Source: Owenia fusiformis
Lineage: Eukaryota
Assembly: GCA_903813345.2 (NCBI GenBank)
Contig: CAIIXF020000001.1
Coordinates: 806,001-870,000 of the forward strand
DNA length: 64,000 bases
Reading direction: 5' to 3'
Shown in pieces: positions 55,165-64,000 of this stretch. The notes under the pieces were generated by a model, which saw only the letters and a program-made list of their open reading frames with translations, was not told the origin of the DNA and ran no database searches. Position numbers and translations under genes: made by a program. Within the stretch, counting starts at the first letter, position 1. The number at the start of each line of letters is the position of its first letter.

Positions 55165-57937
55165 GAACTATGGACAAAGGTGCTTTAAGCTGAGCACTTA
55201 AAATGTAACGTAACGTTAAACCTCAACATGTCAATGTTGTCTCAATGCTGCTTAATTTATTTGTTCAACACATTATGTATAGCAGAATTGAGATGAGTTG
55301 AGATTTGGGCAATTCATGTATGTTATCTCATCAGAATTACATATTAAATGGGTGCCTCAATATTCAAGTTATATTTGATTAGATTGGATCTAGGATGAAA
55401 AAAAGAACTCGATATATACACAGATTTGTGTCAAACATATTCATTTCGACCCGTATATCATATTTATCTCGACCGAACTTGATAAAGTACTAAAACTCCT
55501 TTTACGGAACGCCCCTACCTCGACTTTAATATCCAATCCAATTATTAATATTGGATGGAGGAGGGATAGGATGGAGGGGGAATTATATGTCTTTACGATG
55601 GAACAATTAAGTTTACAAGAACTCGTGTATTTGAAAAAACTAAACTCAGTACCCCAGTAAGAAACTGGATATTATATCTCTGGAGAATGAGAAATGGGAA
55701 AATTTGGAGTCATAAGAATAAATTCAATAGCATGTCTTATCATGTCTTATATACACGTTATCCCCCCTCCATCCAATATTAATTTATTTCGGTTATTTTT
55801 TGTATAACGCATGGAAACTAACTTTAAAAAGTGAGCAGTGTCATTAGCATTGTGATACTAACGTCCCTTATGTCTATTTATTACAGGTCGTGTGTAGACC
55901 ATTGTTGCCCGATTTATAGCAAAAACATTGATTTTTGTACGTTAGTGATGATGCGCCTTTTTTAATAGATCTCCTATATCTTAGAAACGTATCAGTTAAA
56001 AAATACTAGATAGTCAACATATTTTGCAATGCACCTCGCCTATTCACTGGCAATTCAGTTGTAATTTCTCTTGAAAAAATAAATCTTCCAAAGGAGTTGG
56101 GTAAACAAGGCCATTTTAAGCCCCACCTGATTTTCAAGTTTTCTCTTTATTTTATTAATCTATGTGTTTCAAAAATGTATGAAAATTTAGGTCAAGGTCA
56201 TATTCCCCAGGTCAAGGTCAAATTAAAAAAAAATCATTATTTTCTACCAAAATATACCTTTTTGGTTAAAACATCACAAATATCTGTAGGAATTTAGTCT
56301 CATAGAGGTTGGAATTACAATATATAGTAAATTGGCAATTTGCCAATAATGAGATATTTATATTAATATATTCCGCCCTTCCCACGCAACACTGAAAGAG
56401 AACAAAAGTACCTAAAATAATGAAAATACTTTATTATTTTTAATTCATTTAAATTCAGAATGTACATTTCATGATTTGACTCGTAAAGTAAAGTTTATTT
56501 TTTATGAGAAATATGTCCTGCTTCCTGTTAGCGACATATAGGGTATGCTAAAAACCACACACTAAACACACACACTGTATATATTATAATTCAACATAAT
56601 GATATTATTCAACATAATTTTAAAGCAACTATTAAGTTTATTATCAATCATTCTGATAATGTCTAGGAAACAGTAAGTACAGATAACGGAGATAATCACT
56701 TCTTGGAGATCACCTAAAAGGTGAAAAACATCTAAAATCTCAACACATTTCATCATTGGCTTGTTAATGAAATAACAAAGAAACATTTTCTGATTAGTTT
56801 TACTCATCATCACTTGAACTACCTGATTCAGATGTTGTGCACATATAACCACTTTATGTTTCAGGTATTTTAGCATCTAAAATTTTATAATGGCCTTGCT
56901 TCCTACATATGCAGCATGAATAGCATTTGACCATTTAGAATAATCAACAAAAATGGCAGGCAAAATTTTCTATAAAGTTCTAAAATTCACATCGAGCATA
57001 ATAAGTCTCCATCAAAATTATTCTTTGTATGCAACAATATAACATTTATGTAACTAAAGAAGCACTTATTAGAGTGGAGACTTGTTATGCTCTATGTGAA
57101 AACACTCAAAGGATTACTACCTCCAGTGAATAAAAATGTCACCCAGACTCAGCATGAAATGTCCTTTCAAAACTTTACTTACCTCTAAACTGTACATATT
57201 GTTTAAATCAATTGTATGTATGGATCAAATAAATATATATTTACATAATCCTGGACAGATAAATCAAAAACATTCATTTATAGCTGAGTAAATTGGAATT
57301 CATCAAGAGGGTTGCAAAATATGTGAATTTTTTTCCTTCTGGCCCCCACCCTCTTTGAAGGTCTCCAGACACCGTAACAATTTTTTCTAATTTTTTTTAA
57401 AAATACTACCCAAAAATATAGACTTCAATCTATGCATTTCTGATGTCTTTTTCTCCTATTCTTAAAAAATGTTTTTTCACACTTCAATTGGGGCACTCTC
57501 TGTTGCTAGTTTACCCAACTCCGTTGAGTTTTCTTGCAGAAATCGCCTAATCCCCCCTCCGTCGAATTTGTACGATCACCGGGCGTGTTTATTAGCGTCA
57601 TGAATCCCTGAATAATGAATCGGATCCAAGCACATCATTAATGGTCGAAAATCAAAATCGACAAATTTATTACCTAAAAGGCCGAAAGATTATGCGGCAA
57701 ATACTGAAGCGGAGGTTGTCAACATATTGTATTAGCTTTGATTTCCTAGAATCCGTTGAATCCTTAAGCGATTGGAGTTGTTTTGATCACTAAAAAAGAT
57801 AACATTGGATTTATTCTGCTGGTGATATCATCTTTAGGCTATATTGGCACAAAAGCTATGGTTGGCACTAAAGCTATGGCATTTTTTCCCGATGGCATAT
57901 TTTTCCGATGGCATCTTCAATGACCATTTCAGACCTT

Positions 57938-58336
57938 ACTAGAGTCCATTTCACTGCTTCATTTCGTCAGTAGAACGGCAAAAATAAGAAATTGGGAGAC
58001 CATTGTGCAATAATATATGGAAAAGTATATTCATAATGTACATGAATGACATTTGTATATTTCCGATTTTTTAGTTTTTTGTGCAATAAGCCTGTGCCGT
58101 CTTGTAATTTGAAGAATTTCAGCCATGTTAATCTTATTGAAAATAACATGGCAAAGAAACATCCAAATATAAGAGGCCACACACTTAATAAGCCAAACTA
58201 GAAGCAATCCAAGATATACAAATGTCATTCATGTACATTATGAATATACTTTTCCATATATTATTGCACAATGGTCTCCCAATTTCTTATTTTTGCCGTT
58301 CTACTGACGAAATGAAGCAGTGAAATGGACTTTAGT
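57938..58336. mobile_element. Foldback MITE with ~123-bp near-perfect inverted arms
   Basis: 57938-58060 is the reverse complement of 58214-58336. The ~150-bp spacer resembles the repeat at 31480-31620 and 32000-32080. Confidence 0.75.
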
Positions 58337-59718
58337 GCTACTTATTTGAGAGTCATTTTAAAAATATGACTTTATTTCTTTTGTACGCATTACACTAAGA
58401 GGCGTTTTATAGTCTTGCTTTGAACCGGTGTTCCTCTGTATCTATTCCAGAGCCATCCAGATTCAGAAGTAGTTGTTTTGCTCTTCTGCTATCTTATTAT
58501 CTATTTAAGTACCCTTTACTTCGCGAAAAAACAAAGAGAGGTACCGTAATTCCAATTACTGATGTGAATATATCCAATGCTTCCCACACCGAACACGATT
58601 TACAGAGAGAACCTGTATACACCCAACGCTGTGGGACGATGCAATAAAAACATGCGATTTTAGAGAAAACAACCCCGATCTGACATGTAGAAACAGAGCA
58701 GTCGTGTGGTTGTAAGTTTGTATTCGCATTGCTAATGTCGCCTCTGTTCTCAATCATGGTTTGGAAAATACAATGTATGTTTGAATTTGTAAAAATGATT
58801 TGTTGTTTTGACAAATAGTCCTGGTTAAACCCATGCCGTGACCAGCAACAATGAAAGACGGGAATCGTTGTATTGATGTAGACATGATCTGTTGTTTTAG
58901 CAGCCCTGGTAAAACCCCATGTAGTGAGCTGCGACACAGGAGCTGTGACAACTAGAGAGTGAATAATGTTGTATTGATGGAAAGATTTATCAAAAATAGG
59001 TTAGAACATGTAAATCCTCCTGGACGTTCGCATTTCCATTTTTTGTTTAAACTCGTGCAGACTGCTCAAATCGGGAATTTAACCTGGGCAGGGAATTCTC
59101 ACAGTGTAACATGCTTTTTCCGACGAATTTTAGATTTCAGTAGTGTCAAATGTCTATGTAGCTATACCTTCTCTTCAGAGAAACAAATCCGTGATATATA
59201 CACGGGGATATAAAGTCTGTTAAAATAGTATACGTAATCCAATGAGCTTGTATAACTTTTCTCTTTAGGTCCGATGGGATACGTGCTATTGAGTGACAAC
59301 CCAAGAATGAACATGTGTCCAGATAAACATGTGTCCAGATGGACGGGAGTTCTTACTTGAAGACTGCTGCTGTGAACAACTCAACTAGATGATGTAGAGA
59401 GAAATAAAATATATTGCAGATCTTTAGTTTATCCTCACTTATTGTCCCATTTGTTTGTTTGTAAATATTGCCCTAATTAATATGACTTAAAATCACCCGA
59501 TTAATTGTGCAATAAGATGCAATATCACTCAAACAGGTTACTTTAGCATTGTAAGTTATTCAATAAAAAGAAACACTGGAAGCTTACTTTTGATTCAATT
59601 GTATTTTTATTTAAATATGGAACTCAATCATTTCCATATTTGGACTTATCAAAAGCCATTGGTTAATAAAAGTTAAAAAGATGCCAGATCATTTGAATTC
59701 TCTTGTCCCATGCACATA

Positions 59719-62700
59719 TCAAGTCTTGGCTCCTTTAGAATATGGTTTAGTCCGTGATTTTTTATCCTTTACTTTCATAGAGTCCTGGAAATAAAAATTA
59801 GCAAACTCAGAATGACATTTACTTCAATTATTGTGCTAATTTAAAGAAAAGAAATCATCATAAATACTGGATGAGTCAAATAACTAGGCCCTAAACCAAA
59901 ATCCAAAGAAATTCCAAATATTTGTTGACTTTGACCCTTATGACCTTCTAAGAGCAGAGCTTGCATACTATATATTGCACTACCCCATTGATGTAATACT
60001 GTGATGTATACATGCACTTGTACTGAATTATCTAAATATTATAAACCTTGCTATGTGATGTGACAGGTTCTCTGCCATTATTGTTTGGAGTCCACAAGCA
60101 CAACATTCCATCCTCACCACCAGTAACCAAACTGCATCCCTAAAATCAGATAATCACAAAAATGAGTATATTGATTAATTGTAAATTTAAATATACCAAG
60201 TATGCTCAAAGGCTAGGAAAAATGTTTTACATATACTTAACTTGCATGTCTGACTTGTATGTAATACAAATACTAAATACACTAAATTGCAAGCATGCTT
60301 TCACAAGAACAGTTGATGGCAAAATACTTACAGATGAACTGTATGACAATGAGCGCACAGTATCTGTGTGACCCTTGCACAAAGAGCCCACTGTGCTACA
60401 TTTGGTTGATTTAGCATCTCCTAAAGACAGAACTTGCATGTCGCCACTGGAAGGAGTACATGTAATTAATGAATATATATGATAAACTTCTAAACCTACA
60501 CTTGTGCTCCTTATGTAATAGAATGCAACTTTAAGTTATTACTAATGCACTGTTATTGAATAGGATTATATATGTGTAACCTTACAAAATTATTGATTCG
60601 CATGATAAGTTTTTTTGTACCTTGCTTAAAAGTAAACCAGATTGGTTTATGATTTACCACATCCATAAAGGATGATTTGTGTCATATGTTACAGGAGCAA
60701 TGGAAATATTTTGTCCTAATGTTTTATTATCATAAATCTTCACAAATGGTCTTTTAGCAAAATCCAAAGAATTGAAGGGCTCCATGAAAGTGATTAAAGT
60801 GTGCCATATATTTCATTCACATGGATATGATTAAAGTGTGCCATATATTTTACTCACATGGATGTGATTGAAGTGTGCCATATATTTTACTAATGTGGAT
60901 GTGATTAAAGTGTGCCATATATTTTACTCACATGGATGTGATTGAAGTGTGCCATATATTTTACTCACATGGATGTGATTAAAGTGTGCCATATATTTTA
61001 CTCACATGGATGTGATTGAAGTGTTTCATATATTTTATTCACATGAATATCATTAAAGTGTCCCATATATTTTATTCACATGGATATGATTAAAGTGCCC
61101 CATATATCTTATTCACATGGATGTGATTAAAGTGTGCCATATATTTTATTCACATGGATATGATTAAAGTGTCCCATATATTTTACTCGCATGGATGTGA
61201 TTAAAGTGTGCCATATGTTTTACTCACATGGATATGATTAAAGTGTTCCATATATTTTACTCACATAGATGTGATTAAAGTGTGCCAACTATTTTACTTA
61301 CTTATGCGAACCAGCCAAAAGGAAGAAGTTACTGCTTCCATCTTCAAAACAGTCAACCAAATAATCCAACTCCTGTAAAGTGAAGCTTAAATTTTACAAC
61401 GTTGAAAGTTTCTGCATAAATTACAAACTTGCTTGCTAAACCTATTCTAAAAACAAAAACACTGCAAAACAAATTTCAAGATATTACTTCCTAAAACATG
61501 TTTATTTGCAAGACTGGAAACAGATAATTCATGGAAGTTATCCTCACCTTGAAATTCTCCTTGAGATTTTTGTGTTCTGCTAAGAGGTCTCCCTCGCTGT
61601 CCCATATATGGAATGTCTCCAAGTGTGTTATACAATATAAGTTGTCACCCCCAGGACCCTTCCAACCAAGCTTCCCCTGGATAACATAGATCAGACTTGA
61701 AGGATTTGCAAGTGATGAACATGTACTTTGTTTAAAAATAATCGACTATGAGAAGTTAGATTGACATTTTTGAGAAAATACTTTACTTTTGTACTTACAA
61801 CAGATGATTCAGTATTTAATGTCATTTCTATAGCATCATCTTCATCAGTCTCTCTGAGATCATATATGTTGATGAGGCCATCTGTTGAACCTGATGCCAT
61901 TTTGTGGACTTCACTTGGATGAAATTGCACCTTTTAGAGAAGATAAATCACTTTACCATTAAAGCTAGAGAGCCCCTAAGAAAAAGGTGAAGTTCTCGTC
62001 ACAAAAAGATAAATTGCATGCTACTGGAAAAAAATGGGATTTTATTATCAGAAACAGTTGATTGTATCTCAGGAAAAGAAAAAAAAACTGTTTTTCTTTT
62101 ATTAACTTGTAACATGAATAATGTTTTGAAATAAAAATGAAGTTGTCACTGATCGCTGGATCTCAGAGTCAATAGATCTATTTAAATACCTGTGTTATGT
62201 CATCATTATGACACTCTGTAAACCTCCTAATAGGAATACCAGGTTTCCTTCTGTCCCTGAAGAAAGAGCAATAATGGATATGTACAGGGTGAGCTCATAT
62301 AAAAAGATGAATACAATGGACATGTTCAGGGTGGCCTATACATGTAGTACTGAAGAAAGATAAAACATAAAACATCAATATTTTCCATTCTGATGTTAGA
62401 AACTAATTTTAATTATGCTCCATTAGGGTAATAATAACAAACGGAAAGGAATTTTTGCTCATGGTAATAGGTATAGTATATTTTTTATTAAAGTTATGAA
62501 GTAAACTTTCAAGAATTACATACCAGAACATGATCCAGGTGTCCCCATCTATTCCTTCAGTGCCACAGCAAACTGTCCTGTCATCACAACTAACACTGAG
62601 GCTGAGAAACATACCTCTCTCATCACCCTGGCCTAAAGTGACAACATGCATGACTTAATTGCATTGGCCTTAGTCCCACTTTAAAAGTGAGCATTCTTTA

Positions 62701-64000
62701 AAGGGTCATGTTATTGAAAATTATTTTAAAAAGCTATCACATGGATGATACATGTACTATATCTAGTATGTATGTGGTACTTTACAAGTGAGAATGCTTA
62801 TTGCTTACTAATCATAATCTATTTCAAGATACATACATATTGTAACTTGATAATGCAATGTACTGTACCTTCATATTTGTGAACTTGGTTATTTTTATCT
62901 CTGGTGTCCCAACACCTGAAAACATAATTGTAAACGTCTGATTGACCAATAAAAATAGAGTATTTATTCTCTTCAGCTTGATGATATAACGTAAAGTCTT
63001 CACTCAAGAAAGCGTATATAAGATGTACTATGTAAGGATTTATATTAAGGGATTGAAGGCCCATACTAGGAGATGTATTAAGGGATTGAAGGCCTATATA
63101 AGGAGATTCATTAAGGGATTTAATTATTAAGGGATTTTATCATTTAAGGCCCATATAACAAGTTGTATTGGGATTGAAATCAGACATCCTGGACTTACCT
63201 GAAGACCTAAGACAGTAAGGAAATGTATTATGTGATTGAATGCCATATAAGGAAAGGTAAAAGGACTTACCTGACCGTTGCATCAAGAGAAGAACTGTAT
63301 ACTAATGCTGGTTCCCGTGTTCCAAACTTGACACTGCTCACTACACCTTGATGGCCTGGAAAAACAAGAACTCTTGCATATTGATATGCAATGGGCTTGG
63401 AAATCTTTTATTATTAATAAAGTCTAGACAGGACGGTGTAAATCCTCCAAGCACCTCACTCAATGTTCCATATTTGTTTGTAAATGAACTGTTAATTTGT
63501 TGAAGTAAAATGAAACTGAAATTATTTTAAATGTCTCAAACAACTCTATAATACCAGTCAAAGAACTGCTTTCAAACAACTTTCAGTGATAAATTATAAT
63601 CAATTTAAAGGACATTTACGCCATATATCTTACCTGTTATTTTCCCCTTAAGTGCCAGATTCTGTCTTGAGTGCAGTCGTATGCTATTGTTTGTGCCAGT
63701 GACGGCTAGAATTCCATCACCCCTGAAAATTACCAAATATGGATCGAGTTAAAACCCTGTGAGAATACACCGAAAATAGACCTCAATCGATTTTTAAAAT
63801 AAATTCATGTATGTTCCAATATTTATGGTTGAGGTGAGAAGATGTCAAATTGAAATGCAATCAATTACACTCATAGCAACACTAAAATATTTACCTGATC
63901 AAAAGTAGAATGTAAATCACTTACCCTGGATCTGAAGGCTGTGATGCAAGGTCCAAAATATAATTTTCTTCAGTTTTTTCGATGGATATTGCAGCTTTTT
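59719..64000 (-). CDS. WDR89: WD repeat-containing protein 89 (5' end outside the window)
   Basis: Frame-consistent exons: >64000-63925, 63722-63634, 63355-63271, 62915-62869, 62632-62524, 62256-62190, 61930-61799, 61676-61548, 61372-61302, 60446-60332, 60139-60047, 59784-59719. Signature ECHNDDITQVQFHP...MASGSTDGLINIYDL...EDDA...LNTESSV, plus GHTDTVRS and LVTGGEDG. Confidence 0.92.
60790..61301. repeat. 37-bp minisatellite in a WDR89 intron
   Basis: About 14 copies of GTGATTAAAGTGTGCCATATATTTTACTCACATGGAT running up to the splice donor at 61301. Confidence 0.93.

Noticed and set aside
58420-59213. Cluster of 65-146-aa ORFs
   Set aside because: No recognisable motif or splice-consistent gene model.

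Overview
AT-rich, intron-containing animal genomic DNA. The repeat landscape suggests a marine invertebrate, possibly a mollusc (inference). Three spliced host genes can be reconstructed with consistent GT-AG junctions and frames: an ELOVL4/Elovl8-like fatty-acid elongase (+, 5790-18429), a C1orf50/DUF2452 homolog (-, 28746-33382) and WDR89 (-, 59719 to beyond the window end). Two protein-coding mobile elements are present. (1) An ISL2EU-type PIF/Harbinger locus with two intact, convergent, spliced genes: a THAP+DDE transposase and a SAP-SWIM-YqaJ exonuclease. (2) An 18.45-kb minus-strand tandem LTR retroelement (LTR-gag-LTR-gag-LTR, 4-bp GAAC target duplication) with ~2.57-kb LTRs, an intact 1050-aa Gag with a ~770-aa N-terminal extension, and no pol. 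The window also contains several MITEs (Harbinger-like, Kolobok/TTAA-like, CACTA-like, and one carrying a tRNA-Gly-derived cassette with an AGC anticodon), a Helentron-type element, minisatellite arrays and a 3294-bp tandem duplication in the ELOVL intron. All family assignments are by eye; no database searches were run.
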